A stretch of 62,956 bases of DNA, taken from assembly GCF_001194135.2 (NCBI RefSeq), contig NC_068987.1, forward strand, positions 44,948,269 to 45,011,224, given 5' to 3'. Made by a program: the position numbers and the translations under genes. Shown piece after piece: positions 50,142-62,956 of the stretch. The DNA is from Octopus bimaculoides. Its lineage: Eukaryota. The notes under the pieces were generated by a model that was given only the letters and a program-made list of their open reading frames with translations, was not told the origin of the DNA and ran no database searches. How positions within the stretch are numbered: position 1 is the stretch's first letter; each line of letters opens with the position of its first letter.

Positions 50142-50212
50142 GCTGCTACAAGGGAAGTAGAGAAAGATTTCCAATCTGTGTATTCAAGGCTTGTATTATG
50201 TAAAACATATCG
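50142..50212 (+). CDS. SGSM3: SGSM3 exon 13, AATREVEKDFQSVYSRLVLCKTY(R)
   Basis: tttttcag acceptor; TCG|gtaagt donor; 71 nt. Confidence 0.96.
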
Positions 50213-52723
50213 GTAAGTTCAACACACACACGTACACATGTATACTTTATTTTACTTTTAAAATCAACAACAGTAATACAAGGTTACCCACAGCTAAAAG
50301 TATAATATTTTTACTCTTCTTACCAACCCATAGTTATGACAATTACAAGTCATTCGAGACTGGTGAAATTGATGTGGTTGAAGTTCAGCTGCGTTGTCTT
50401 CAGTTTGACAACTACAAGATAAAACATAATCTGGAGAGGAATTCCATAGTATTGACATTCTGAGAGAGAAGGATTGGAAAAAAAAAAGTTGCATTGTGAA
50501 CCAGAGGATGAAATGAGATGAAGAATGAGTCTTTGCCTATCAACCATCATGTTTTGGAAGATGTACTTGAAGATGATGGCTCGCAAATTGACAAAAATAA
50601 GTCTTGTTTCACCTCACAAAAATCATCATCATCTGAGTTGTAGTGCACCTGAGCGCTATACACAATAATTTCATTATTATTATTATTATTATCATCATCA
50701 TCATCATTTAATGTCTGCTTTCTATGCTGGCATAGATTGAATGGTTTGACAGGAGGTGGCAAGCCGGAGAGCTGCTCCAGGTTCCAATTGTCTATTTTGG
50801 CATAGTTTCTATGGTTGGATGCCTTTCCTAATGCCAACCACTTTACAGAGTGTACTGAATATTTTTATATGGCATCAACACGAGAGCTTTTTACATGGCA
50901 CCAGCATGGGTGCTTTTTACGTGGTGCCAGCATGGGTGCTTTTTATATGGTACTAGCATAGGTGCTTTATATGTGACACTAGCACGGGTGCATTTTATGT
51001 GGCACCAACACAATTGCTTTATGTGTGGTCCCAGCGTGGGTGCTATTCATGTGGAACCAGCACCCGCAGGGTCACCAAATAGCTTACAATACAAGGATCT
51101 CTCAGCTGAGAGAGGGAGTGGAGCCAAGAGCCAAGGTTGTGTGCCAAGTGAGAGGCTGAAATACGACAGAGGGACAGGGACAGCTGTCTTACTACAAAGG
51201 TGATACCTTGTCCTACACCGGTAGGACAAGGAAGGAGAGGGTGGGAGAGAGTATTAGTTGATAAGGAGGAGATACCCAAAGTGTTGGAAAATATGATTAC
51301 TTAGAGCTGTTTTCTTCATTATGTTTGAAGTGGTTAGTGAGTGTATAGGATGTAACAGGAGAGGAACAATTTGGTGTATCCTGACTGAGCAGATATATGT
51401 CATTCAAAGACATTCCAATCGGGACCACCTGCCCTTCAAGATTTGCATATTCAAGACTTCATTATCTCATATGTCTCTTCCTTCTAAGATGTTGGAATGT
51501 AATAAATTAGTAGCCACCAAAGACCATTGGTCCATATTTATTGTTGTTTAGTTCCAAGTCAGTTTTGATTATCAAGATTCCACCCATGACCATCCAGTCT
51601 TCTTTTATATCTAGAACTGGCTGTGTAAATAAGAAGCATGTCTCCCAACCATATAGTTTTGGGCTTATTCTCATGGCACAACATTTTGGGCAAATGTCTT
51701 CTATAGCCTTAAGCCAACTAAGGCCTTAAGAATGGATATGGTAGACAAAACCAAAAAGAAGCCTGTTATGTATGTGTTTGTGTGTACCTTTTTCTTGAAA
51801 TTGCATGACAATTATAAACATACAGCATCATCATAGAAGCAATGTCATTCATTTCTAGTCTTTCATGAAAAACCCTGTCTGGCCATTGAGAAATATTACC
51901 TTGCTTGAAAACTGGTGAGGGTTGGTGACAGGAAGGGTATCCAGCTTTAGAAAATTTGCCTCTACAAATTCCATCTAACCCATGCAAGCATGGAATAGTG
52001 GATGTTAAACAATGATGATGATGAGTACATTGGTCAATCTGTCGTTTCTTCATTAAGATGATAATGTGTGATTTAAGGGAGATTTTCTGGCTATTTCCAG
52101 CAAGTTGAGTGATCTCATTGAAGCTCCTTGTTAACTCAATATATATATATAGGGAAAATGATTGTATGGACATTTGGGATAGCACAGGGGACACGTCTAA
52201 GATTTTTGAACCATACAGATGATATGTCACAAGATTAAGAAGTCTGTCTGATCAGAATTATTCAAGGACTAAACAACAATTTGAAATAAGATAACATATT
52301 CTATATCGATATATAATTTTATTTTTATGCAGTTTAAAAGTTGTCTTTATATTGGCTGTACTGTAAAGTTAGATTTAGTTAGGGGAGAGGATATGGGTTA
52401 CTGTCTTCCCTGACACTGCTACTGCCCCACTGGGCACCAGAAAGGTCTTGCAGATGCATGATTGTGTGTTGTCAAAGGTGCTTGCAAGGAGAGGAAGTGC
52501 TGCGAAGTGGTCAGATGTCAAATAGTAGGATGCTGGTTTCAGGATGGTGATGGCATAGGGATGAGGTATATTCCAAATATTTGCCATACTGAATACCTAC
52601 CTATTCAGCCTATTGGGAAATTTACATAAAAATGATAATAATGGTAGGTTGGGAATGCTGATTTAAAAATTTTTTTTTCTATTGTATTTGTTTTTAAACT
52701 ATTGCATTAACTCTGGTTTACAG

Positions 52724-52772
52724 CCTGGATGAAGATGGAAAAGTTTTAACACCCGAAGAGATATTATACAGA
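52724..52772 (+). CDS. SGSM3: SGSM3 exon 14, LDEDGKVLTPEEILYR
   Basis: tttacag acceptor; AGA|gtaagt donor; 49 nt. Confidence 0.96.
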
Positions 52773-53613
52773 GTAAGTAGATTTATGTTTTTATGTACTA
52801 ATATTCCAATAAGAAAGGTATTCTGCAACCCACTTTTCTATTCATCTTTAAAACCTTCTTCCTACATAGAGCTCCACCTCAGGAAGAAGTGCTGTCACAG
52901 CCATAGAAAATGTTACAAGTCTATCTAGGAATTAATCCTTTGAAAGTAAAGTGACCAAAATAAAAGGTGCTCTGGCATCTGTAAAATAACTATTCTAGTA
53001 TCATTTCTACAGTAAATCTTAAGCAAATCATACAAATGACATTGTAACATTCCTGGCTAAGCTTTCAGTGCTATACTCCTTGACTCTATCTTTTAGTTGT
53101 TTCAGTCATTAGACTACGGTCATGCTGGTGCACTGCCTTGAAAAATTTTTAGTTGAATGAATTGACCCCAGTACTTAATTTTTTTGCTAAGCCTGGTCCT
53201 TATTCTATTGGTCTTTTGCAGAACTGCTAAGTTATGGGAACATAAACACACCAACACTGGTTGTCAAGCGGTGGTGGGGGACAAACACAGACACAAAGAC
53301 ACACACACATATACATATGCAGAGGCCCTGTAATAGGTCGCAGCCACTGCCTTCCATCATGACTAAAAGATTAAAAAAAAAACTGGTTGTTAGACTCAAT
53401 ATACTTATAATGTCTGGTATTCAGGAAGTCTGGCTGTGAAGTAGAGTGAATTCAGACAGTCTCTCACCTGGACTTTTTTCCATAACTTAAGTGCAGAAGA
53501 AAACTTAATAATTGATAAAAGAACAAGAGTTATGTACGGGTGTTTCTCATAGCTTCATTAGAGTTGAAACAATCATAAGTCAATGAATGTAAATACATAA
53601 CTCTTGTCATTAT

Positions 53614-53657
<44 letters not shown>

Positions 53658-54057
53658 ATGTATGTATGATTTTTCTTTGAGTTTTATGTAAGTTCTTTTT
53701 GAGAGAGTCCAAGCTGTTTGCTCACAAAGTGACAAAACCTTTTCAGTTAAGAGAGTTTCCTGTGTTTGTAAATATGTGGTTGAGTTAGTATGTTGCTTGA
53801 ACTGTCGATGTATACATCCAAGTGTGTGCATCTATTCACATAAGAATCTCAGATGGAGAAATTTCGGAATGTCCTACAAATTTTCACTGTGCCACTAATA
53901 GATTGAATTTGGAAAATCTAGATCAGTTTCTTTTGCTCTTTCTCTGTGAAATTGAGTATATCTAGGTTTTTGTGCAAATTTGTGTGTGTGTGTGTGTGCG
54001 CGTGCACTCGTGTAAATTGTATGGATAATATGAGACAATTATTTTTTAATATTTCAG

Positions 54058-54143
54058 GCAGTTCAAGCTGTCAACCTTGGCCATGATCAGTGCCATGCTC
54101 AAATGGATGTCAAATTCCGCTCTATCATCTGCTGCGGCTTAAA
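54058..54143 (+). CDS. SGSM3: SGSM3 exon 15, [28 protein letters not shown](N)
   Basis: atttcag acceptor; AAA|gtaagt donor; 86 nt. Confidence 0.96.
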
Positions 54144-54569
54144 GTAAGTCACTTTGTCAGTGTTCTGACAAAATCCTTCTTTTAACATTGACAGATAAAG
54201 CCATTTTTGTAAATTTATTGATGAAAAGCAAAGATCTATTGCTTGAATTATCATAAGCCATGTGGGATTAATTTAAAAGGAGATTAGGTTATATTACAAC
54301 CATGCTTGGTTTTTGAAGGAAACAGTTAAATACATTACATCTTTTTCTTTTATCTTTTACTTGTTCCAGTCTTTAGACTGTGGCCATGCTGGGGCACTGT
54401 CTTGAAGAATTTTTAGTTGAATGTATCAACCCCAGTACTTATTTTTTAAAGCCTGGTTCTGATTCTATCAGTCTCTTTTGCTGAACTGCTAAGTTATGGG
54501 GACGTAAACACACCAGCACTTATTGTCAAGTGGTGGGCGGAGGAGAAACATAGACACAAAGACAGACAA

Positions 54570-54617
<48 letters not shown>

Positions 54618-55562
54618 CTGGCTTCTTTCAGCTTTCATCTACCATATCCACTCACAAGGCTTTGGTTAGCCCAAAGCTATAGTAGAAGACACTTGCCCAA
54701 GGTGCTATGCAGTGGGACTGAATCCTGAACTATGTGGTTGGGAAGCAAGCTTCTTACCATGCCTGCACCTATACATGTGTATTTCCAAAAGTAAAGGGTC
54801 CTCAAAAGCAAACAAAAATACTTTTAAGTTCTGAATCATGTACCTCATACCCACCACAACCAATGAGAGAGACAACATTGTTGCTCAATTTACTAGAAAT
54901 AGCAGCCAATTATATTTCCTTCAAACCACACACCTTACTGTCTTATAAAAGAAAGATATATTGGATAATATAATGTTATATATATATATATATTGTCTAA
55001 AATAAAAAGACAGGATGATCTCAGCTGGAAAACCTTTGAACATAAGTGTACTTAGTCAGGACATGCTACCATCATCAATTTTATGAATAACAGTGGGTAT
55101 AACAGTTAAGTATTTTAACATATATTCCTTTCTCGTTAACATAAAAGATGGAATCTAAACAACATTGCATATAGGTTCAAATTGCTGAAAATTTTAGCTT
55201 TTATCAGTTTTAAAACAACTTAGAGATAATAATGATGCAATTATTGTGTATAGTGCTCAGGTGCACTACAACTCATCAAAGGTGCATTTATAGTACATAG
55301 AATTATGTACAAAAGTCAAGAAAGTGAACAGTGTATGAGTCATGATGTACATGTGTGCATGTGTACGGATGTGGGGGCAATATCATGTGTTTGATTCTCA
55401 AAATATTTTCTTTGTATGTGGATGTTGTGATAATCATGATTTGCTTTTTTTTTTTTCTTGCAAAAGTATCAGAAAGGAGTCAAAAATAAATTGCAAGCTC
55501 ATTTTTTTTTTATATAATATAAAAAAATATCTATTTGATATTATTTATGTTTTTTTTTTCAG

Positions 55563-55685
55563 TGAACAAGTGTTACACCTTTGGTTAGAGACGTTGTGTT
55601 CATGCCTGGATGTAGTAGAAAAATGGTATCATCCTTGGTCTTTTATAAGAAGTCCAGGTTGGGTACAGATCAAATGTGAATTAAG
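55563..55685 (+). CDS. SGSM3: SGSM3 exon 16, [40 protein letters not shown](R)
   Basis: poly-T cag acceptor; AAG|gtgaag donor; 123 nt, phase 2-2. Confidence 0.96.
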
Positions 55686-56190
55686 GTGAAGTATATTTCA
55701 AGAGATTCTACATTTTGCCCTTTTTCTCATTCCAGAACATGTGGGTGGCATAGTATTTAAATCTATAATAATCCTTTAAGATACTGGGCTCTCATAATGC
55801 AAATGAACATCAGATGAAGATTTCATTTTCATCAAGTACGTCTGGGATAAAGTCAACTCTGCAGGGTCTATCCTTCTTCGAGGTGATCTCATCATCACCA
55901 TTTCATTATCATCATTTAATATCCATTTTTCCTTGTGGAATAATTTAAATTCAATATAACATAGGTGCAGGAATGGCTATGTGGTTAAGAAATTTACTTC
56001 CCAACCACATGGTTTCAGGTTCATTTCCACTGTGTGATACTTTAGCCAAACTGCAGGCTGATGATAGTCATGGCTACAAACTAAACACTACAGTGTGAAA
56101 AATTGTAAAAGAAAAACATGTAAATACAAAAGAAGGGAAAGAAAAGCATGTTTTGATTAGGAGACAACCACATGGAGCCAATTATAGAGA

Positions 56191-59051
56191 TGTCAATTAA
56201 GTGACATCCTTTAATTTAATGAACATGAGAGAAAGAGGGGTCACCATCTTGTATGTCATGACCAGAAAATAGGAATTTGGAAGATGTTTGTAATAAGTCA
56301 TAACATATTAATTACCAGAGGTAATGTGTTAACATATTAGGTTAATTGAAGGGAAGCTTGTAACATCACATGAACATATTCTTTTTTTGCAATCACAAGT
56401 CTCCAGGTAAGTGAGGTGAATGCATGCACATGTATGCGGGAGGCCTGACTCACTGCCAGTCTAAGAATCAACAGACACTGAGTGGCACGAATTTAGAATG
56501 CTTCGCTTTATATAAGGGATGAACCAGAAGTCCCTGACTTCCACATCAACCAGAAGCGTCTAGAATGTTCGAAAACTTTCTAGAAGGTCACTTTTTTGTT
56601 TTGCTTTCCTGTTTGACCGCCAGGGTTCACTACATAACTCCCTCCTCAGATGAGCAGTCAATAAGCAAAATCATTGTAGTGATCCAGGGCAGATATGAAG
56701 CAAAATGAGGTAGCAAAAACAAGTAGTAAAATAGAAAAAATTAATACATGCATCATGATAGATACTGAATATAATTGCAGAGTTTGGCACAGTAAACCTT
56801 TAGCTACATAGCTATGCACATCAAACTAAATGCAAAACATGGCAAAATGAAAATACAATGTGAAACATGCATGGAAAAAATGTTTGTGAATAAACGTTGT
56901 TTGTAAAAGAAATAGCAAACAGTTTGTTTTGTAACACAAAGTTAAATATACATAGTTCTGGATAATTTGTGAGAGTGACAGTACACGATAAGGTCCAGAG
57001 AAAAGGTGTATGCAGCATATAAAATGTGTAACCCAACAAAAAGGAAGCTGAAGGAAACTCTTCGTAGCTTGCTTCCCAGGAAGGTGGTTTCTGCAAGACA
57101 GAGCAAGTGAAACCTGACGTGCAAGCAATCATCCAGGAAACTGGAAATCACAGGATGGGAAAGTCAAGGTGTATGAGAGAGCAATGTTGGCTGCTGCGAC
57201 ATAAGCAGTACCAAGATTTTACCTGCAAGAGCGGTGGGTTGCTTGCAGAGGCTGAAAGGGTGTAGGTGCTAGAAAGCGACAGTGACTAGCGAAGCGAGTC
57301 AAACCATAAGGATGGTGGCAAAAGAAGGAAGTTCCAACATGCAAGAGACTTGGTGTTGATCAGGCACCAAAGGAAAAAATGCATGGAACGCTTTGTGATG
57401 CAAAGAAAAAAATGCATTTATAAGAGGTGGTTTGTGCATCCTACAAACCAAAGAAGAAACGCTTGGCAAAAACATGTAAGGTGCCTTTTTGCCGGATGAG
57501 AAAGGCTTGAGAAAAGCATTCTGCTAGAATAAACTTAGAAGTGTGTGGGATTGGATAGCATGAGGCAGACAGCATGTATGTGTGAACATTGAGCAATAAA
57601 ATAATGTGCAAGTGTAACTGCTGAAAGCACCGTGAAACAAAACCGATTGCAGAGTCTGATGCAGTATCTCCCAGCGAAAGCTGTGCATTGGAGACTGAGC
57701 GTGCAAGGTGAGGTGCTGAATAGAAATTGGAACAGAAAAGCTCATGATAAGGCTGAAAAAAATATGGAAAAAAAACAAGAAAATATGCAAAATGTTCAGT
57801 TCATTGAATAATTATTCCAATGAATGCCGTTAAGAAATGCATGGTCGGTGAAAAAAATGTCACATTTCAGATTAGGAAGCTGTTTGAAGTGCCATCCAAC
57901 TGTGCAGTGCTCATCAGAGTGACTGAAATTTGCTGTATAAGGCTACAAAACCAGATGCTGTACAGAAGATGGTGCAGTAACGATTTGAAATTAGTGTTGA
58001 AACTGTGGTCAGGTATGAAGGCTGAGGCGGTGACGGTATTAGCAGTGTTCGTGTGCATGACTGTCGAAGTCGGGCCACGTGGAAAATTCGAGACAGGCGA
58101 ATACAATAGAGAACTCCTGAGATTTGGCGCACACATCCACTGTGCATGTTCAGAGTGGTAATTGCGCGGGAAAAACCAGCGAAGAAGATGAAGACAGACG
58201 CCATGGTGGAAAAACTCCAACATGAATTTACTGGCATAAAACGTTGACAGTCGACATTTTGAGAGGAAATTATTTCAAGAGGAGATTTTACAAGGAAATA
58301 CTGTGTATTTCCTTGTAAGAAGAATGCATACTCTGTTAGGTACAAGTTCAAGGTGAAGAAGACGAATTCTAGAGGTTCGCTTGAACATGATAAAATATCC
58401 TGATGTCAGGCCATTGATTTTTAGTTGAGATGCGAACAAAGACTGCGATTCTTTAGCTCAGTTTACCATGTGCTGTGGGTTGCATAGTCAAAAAGTTGGG
58501 CTTACTATATTATTATAGTGAAATGTCTGCAGTGGCTATCTGTTCTTAACGTCATGGTTACCATTTTATGGAGAAATTGTCAATTAAATGACATCCCATA
58601 AGTTAATGAGCATGAGAGAAAGAGGGGTCACCATCTTGTACGTAATGACAAGAAAATAGGAATTTGCGAGACGTTTGTAATAAGTTGTAACATATTTATT
58701 ACTGGAGGTAATGTGTTAACGTATAAGGTTAATTGAAGGAAAAGCTTGTAACATTGCATGAACATATTCTTTTTGCAATCACATGTCTCCAAGTAAGTGA
58801 GGTGAACATACACATGAGCAGGTGTGTATGCAGCGGCCTGACTCAATGCTGGTCTAAGACTTGACAGACACTGAGTGGCACGAATTTAGAATGCTTCGCT
58901 TTATATAAGGGATGAGCCAGAAGTCCCTGACTTCCACATCAACCGGAAGCTTCTTGAATGTTCAAGAACTTTCTAGAAGGTTGAGGGAGATTACTCTTCT
59001 TAAATCCCTTTTTCGTTTTGCTTTCCTTCTTGATTGCCAGGGTTCACTACG
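56191..59051 (-). mobile_element. Non-coding LTR element (LARD-like) with 444/474-bp LTRs
   Basis: Direct repeats 56191-56634 and 58578-59051; minus-strand TGTAG..TGACA ends, TATATAAA, AATAAA, PPT GAGGAGGGAG next to the 3' LTR; no gag/pol recognised. Confidence 0.8.
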
Positions 59052-61028
59052 CAATTATAGAGCCTCTTAGATCCCATATTACTTTTACTAAGAGCAAGTA
59101 CCATCTTCATGCTGTGTGCCTGACTGGTACTTTATGTAAAGAGCTGGAAGAAACACTGCAACATAGTAACAATTCTGCCAGCTTGCCACTTATTAATAAT
59201 CATCACCGTCGTTTAACGTCCACTTTCCATGCTAACATGGGTTGGACGATTTGACTGAGCATACATTGTTGTTTTTTTTTACTGTGTAGATTTACAGGAA
59301 GATGGGAAGTAGCTTTTGTTGCTTGTAGTTCATAATTTTCATTATTTATCAACCCTGAAAAGATGATGGGGAAAGTTGGCAGCACTTTGTTGAGAGTAAC
59401 ATGCAAGCAATACTCTTTACCTACCTTTCAGCAAATGAATGGCAATGTCTCCTTTTCCATCTTCACTTTTCTTTCTAAGTGATACATAAAGAAACTAATG
59501 TGGGACTGATGAGCCAAAGAGGAAAGTGTCTATTCTCAGTCCTTTCAATTTTATTCACTAGACACCAGAAAATTACCTGCTTTTTACAACCAGGATGATT
59601 TTCATGATGAATTTTGCTAATACCTGGGTTCAACCTACATGCATCAACAAGAGGGAAATAATCAATATCATCAATCCCAGTACTGGACTGGTACTTTAGT
59701 TTATTGACCTTGGAGTCAATGAAAGGGGAAGTTGACCTCAGCAAGTATTAAACTTAATTTGAATGAAGAAACCCGAAACAAATACCACAAGGCATTTTGT
59801 CTAATTCTTTGTGATTTAGGTGCAAGGTCAGCGATTTTGGGGAGAGGGACTTAGTTGATACCATTTACTCAGTACTTGACTGGTACTTTATTTCATTGAC
59901 CAAGAAGGATGAAAGGCAAAGTTGACCTTGGTGGGATTTGAACTGCTAATAATAATTGCTTCATATTTTGGCACAAGGCCAGCAATTTTAGAGGGGCATT
60001 AATCCCAGTACTTGATTGGTATTGTATGTATTTTATCAACCCCGAAAAGATGACGGACAAAGTTGGCAGCACTTGAACTGAGAACAAGAGGACCGAAATA
60101 TGTGGCGCATTACTGTATGCAAGAAGACCCACCCACCACGACAGAATTGATATCCTAAAACCAAGGTGCCACATAAAATGTATTGGTGTGGGTGCTGGTG
60201 CCATGTAAAAAGCACAAGTACTGGTGCCACATAAAAAGCACCGGTGATGTCACCATATAAAAAGCGCCTAGTACATTCTGTAAAGTGATTGTCATTAAGA
60301 AGGGCATCCAACTGTAGAAATCACGCCAAAACAGACCATGGAATCTGTTGTGGCCCTGGCCTTGCCAGTTCCTCTCAAGCCATCCAACCCATGCCGGCAT
60401 AGAAAACAGACATCGAATGTTGATGATGATAATGACGAAGGATTTTGGCAGCTCACCACCCTAATAATAATAATAATAATAATAATAATCTTTTCTACTA
60501 AAGGCACAAGGCCTGAAATTTTGGAGAGGGAACTAGTCGATTACATCAACCCCAGTGTTTCATTGGTACTTAATTCATCAATCCTGAAAGGATGAAAAGC
60601 AAAGTTAACCTTGGCGGAATTTGAACTCAGAACGTAAAGACAGATGAAATGCCACTCACCGCCTTAATAATAATAATAATAATTATAATTATAATAATTC
60701 TTTCTAATTATGACATAAGACTAGCAAATATTAGAGAGAGGTGATAAGTGTGTTACATTGAGCGTAGTACTTGACTGGTACTTTTTTTTTCATCAACCCT
60801 GAAAGGATGAAAAGCAACATTAATCTCAGCAGAATTTGAATGGAGAATATAAAGAGCTAGAAGAAATGCTGCCAAGCATTTTGCCCAACATGCTAACAAT
60901 TCTGCCAGCTTGCTATTTTATTAATAATATAGATTTTTTTTTTACTGTATAAATGAGAAGTTGTTTTTATTGCTTGTAGTTAATAATTTTCATTATTATT
61001 TACATTTTTTCCCCCTCACTTTTCACAG

Positions 61029-61161
61029 GATTCTCTCCCAATTTGCATTCAACCTTTCGCTTGACTGGGAGCTGCCCAAGAAGAAAGTTCCTCCAGATGG
61101 TCTCCGAGAAGGTGTCCGAGATATGCTTATTAAGCATCATTTATTCAGCTGGGATCTCTGA
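61029..61161 (+). CDS. SGSM3: SGSM3 last coding exon, [19 protein letters not shown]...[16 protein letters not shown]-stop
   Basis: tttcacag acceptor; TGA at 61159-61161; C-terminus matches SGSM3 family. Confidence 0.96.
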
Positions 61162-61430
61162 TTATTATTTAAGAAGTTAGTATGCATTGTTTAGACAAAG
61201 ACATTCATGTGTGTAGCTATAATGCACACACAAACACACACACACACACACACACATTTTCAAACATGCTTGTATACACATTTGGCAGTTAACACATTGT
61301 CATATACATACACATAAATACACACATATATTCTCACATAATGGTAGGGTTCAGTGTCTTCTAGTGAAACAATTGTTCCATTATTTATTTGTCAGCTGCT
61401 CTTGGGGCTAAAAAAGAAACAAAATCTCTA

Positions 61431-61878
61431 AATAAATAGACTTTGGTTGCAAAGTTAATTGTCTGAAATACATGTTTTGATTGCTTGAGATTGTTGACAA
61501 CTCTCACCTGTCAACAGCCTCACCTGCAATAGCTTCATATTCTGGCAATAGAAACCTCAACTGCAGTCCAGCAATACTTGGAAAAAAATTTCAATGAATC
61601 TATTTGTCAGATATGTGATGGCACAGATAAATTCCAAAGCCCGTTTCTTTAATGACACAGCATATTTCCTCTGTGTGTGTGTGTGTGTGTATGTGTGTGT
61701 GTATGTGTGTGTATGTGTGTGTGTGTGCACATACATGTTTATATGTATATGATCATGCATATTCTTATGTACGTATCATACATATACACCAAATGGTGTC
61801 AGTATTATTTCCATGATAAGTCTGCATAAATTATAAAATACTATTTTGTACATAGAAGAAAAAAATATATAAAATAAA
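61431..61878 (+). terminator. Candidate polyadenylation signals (AATAAA at 61431-61436 and 61873-61878)
   Basis: Canonical hexamers 270 and 710 nt after the stop; motif only, common by chance in AT-rich DNA. Confidence 0.35.
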
Positions 61879-62133
61879 CTTTTGAGAAGAAGAAAATCAA
61901 TGTGCTTAAAAAAAAAGAAAAAGAAAAAAAAACTGATAAAATTTGAATCTCAATTAAAAGATGTTACTGAAACTAAAGAACTATTTTATTTATTTTTAAT
62001 CCACAATGATTGATTGCACAGTTAAGACCAGCCATGTGGTTTCAGTTGAGACCCATTGCATGGCACCTTGGATAAATGCCTTCCACTATGGCCTCAGGCT
62101 GACCAAATATATATATATATATATATATATATA

Positions 62134-62921
62134 CGAAATCTGATCAATAAGTATCAGGACTGTTTCCATAGTAACAAAGCTAAAATATGCAGAGTGACGC
62201 CGCTTGGTGCAGATTGACCTTGACCTCTGCTGTGCGTGCACACTAAATTTTAGTGTTCTAGCTCACTTCCCCTGTTTACAGCAGTACTTGGAAGTAACAT
62301 GTGATCGTCGCATTGACTATAACAGAAAAAGTTATCACAGCGATACCTCCTCAGAGGCCTACACAAAGTTGCAGAAAGTGTATGAGTTGTACACAAGTGT
62401 ATGAGTGGTTCAGATGTTTCCAAGATGGCCAAAAAAACGTGAATAGTGATGAACAATTTGGGAGACCCACAAGCAGCAGAACTGAGAAAAATATTGCAGA
62501 TATGAAGGGAAATTGTCGAATCAACATCTGTGAGTTATCAGAGGATGTGAAGATTAGTTATCATTGAAGATTTGGGCATGAGACGTGTGTCTGCCAAGTC
62601 TGTGCCAAAACTACTTTCTGTTGCACAAGATCTCCTTGATTGTGTCGAGTACGATGAAAACTTTTTGGAAACTTTGAGTAGGCCTCTGAGCAGGTATCGT
62701 CAAGCTTTTGGCAAAATTTGATGCAGATTCTCTGCTCAACATTCTTCACACGTTACAGACGTTACTTCCAAGCACTGCTGTAAAGAGTGGAAGTGAGCTA
62801 CAACATTAAAACTTAGTGCGCATGCACAGCAGAGTTCAAGGTCAATGTGTGCCAAGCAGCTTTGCTCTGCATGCTTTAGCTATGTTACTATGGCAATAGT
62901 CCGGATACTTATTGATCAGGC

Positions 62922-62922
<1 letters not shown>
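62134..62922 (+). mobile_element. Fold-back mariner derivative, copy 3
   Basis: TA|cgaaatctgatcaataag ... cggatacttattgatcagg; same internal junction as copies 1 and 2; lies between (TA)n and (CA)n tracts. Confidence 0.88.
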
Positions 62923-62953
<31 letters not shown>

Positions 62954-62956
62954 TAT

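Larger units (their letters stand above)
255..61161 (+). other. SGSM3: SGSM3 orthologue gene span (5' part outside window): TBC Rab-GAP, SH3 and RUN domains; 17 coding exons in window
   Basis: Manually joined exons give one continuous frame closely matching human SGSM3 as I recall it ([93 protein letters not shown]). All introns are GT-AG with matching phases. TBC Arg finger (IxxDxxR) and Gln finger (YxQ) are intact. Confidence 0.97.

Noticed and set aside
50290-50640. Coding-looking stretch (SYDNYKSFETGEIDVVEVQLRC; HHVLEDVLEDDGSQIDK)
   Set aside because: No family recognised, interrupted frames, no splice support; probably a decayed repeat
50870-51060. CRISPR-like spaced repeats
   Set aside because: Eukaryotic retroposon minisatellite; units are degenerate and the spacers are not unique
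56191-56634. Penelope pseudo-LTR or retrozyme with a hammerhead ribozyme, to explain the long TSD
   Set aside because: No CTGAnGA...GAAA core found on either strand by eye; PPT and TG..CA ends favour an LTR element
386-61028. U12-type or non-canonical introns
   Set aside because: All 16 mapped introns are GT-AG without the U12 donor consensus

Overview
AT-rich, SINE- and microsatellite-dense animal genomic DNA. The repeat families point to an octopus or other coleoid cephalopod; this is a draft assembly with 5 N-gaps. The window is dominated by one plus-strand gene, an SGSM3 (RUTBC3; TBC-SH3-RUN Rab-GAP) orthologue. I mapped 17 GT-AG coding exons by hand (255..61161, 2087 coding nt, about 695 codons, all phases compatible); the N-terminal exon(s) lie upstream of the window. 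The introns hold a full-length decayed Gypsy element (TG..CA LTRs, ATAGT TSD) and a non-coding LTR element with an atypical 11-bp flanking duplication. They also hold a 5'-intact/3'-truncated L1/Tx1-like LINE, RTE and CR1 fragments, Helitron remnants, piggyBac- and TA-type MITEs, two mariner families and many tRNA-derived SINEs. Most interesting: (1) the 27.7-kb intron between the TBC and SH3 regions contains four candidate symmetric (phase 0-0), stop-free cassette exons or microexons absent from my recollection of other SGSM3 orthologues; (2) a three-copy fold-back mariner derivative with ~270-bp inverted arms, two copies of which bracket this cassette region in opposite orientation (possible dsRNA/ADAR substrate and back-splicing element), one lying 17 nt from a splice acceptor. 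Functional claims are untested inferences.
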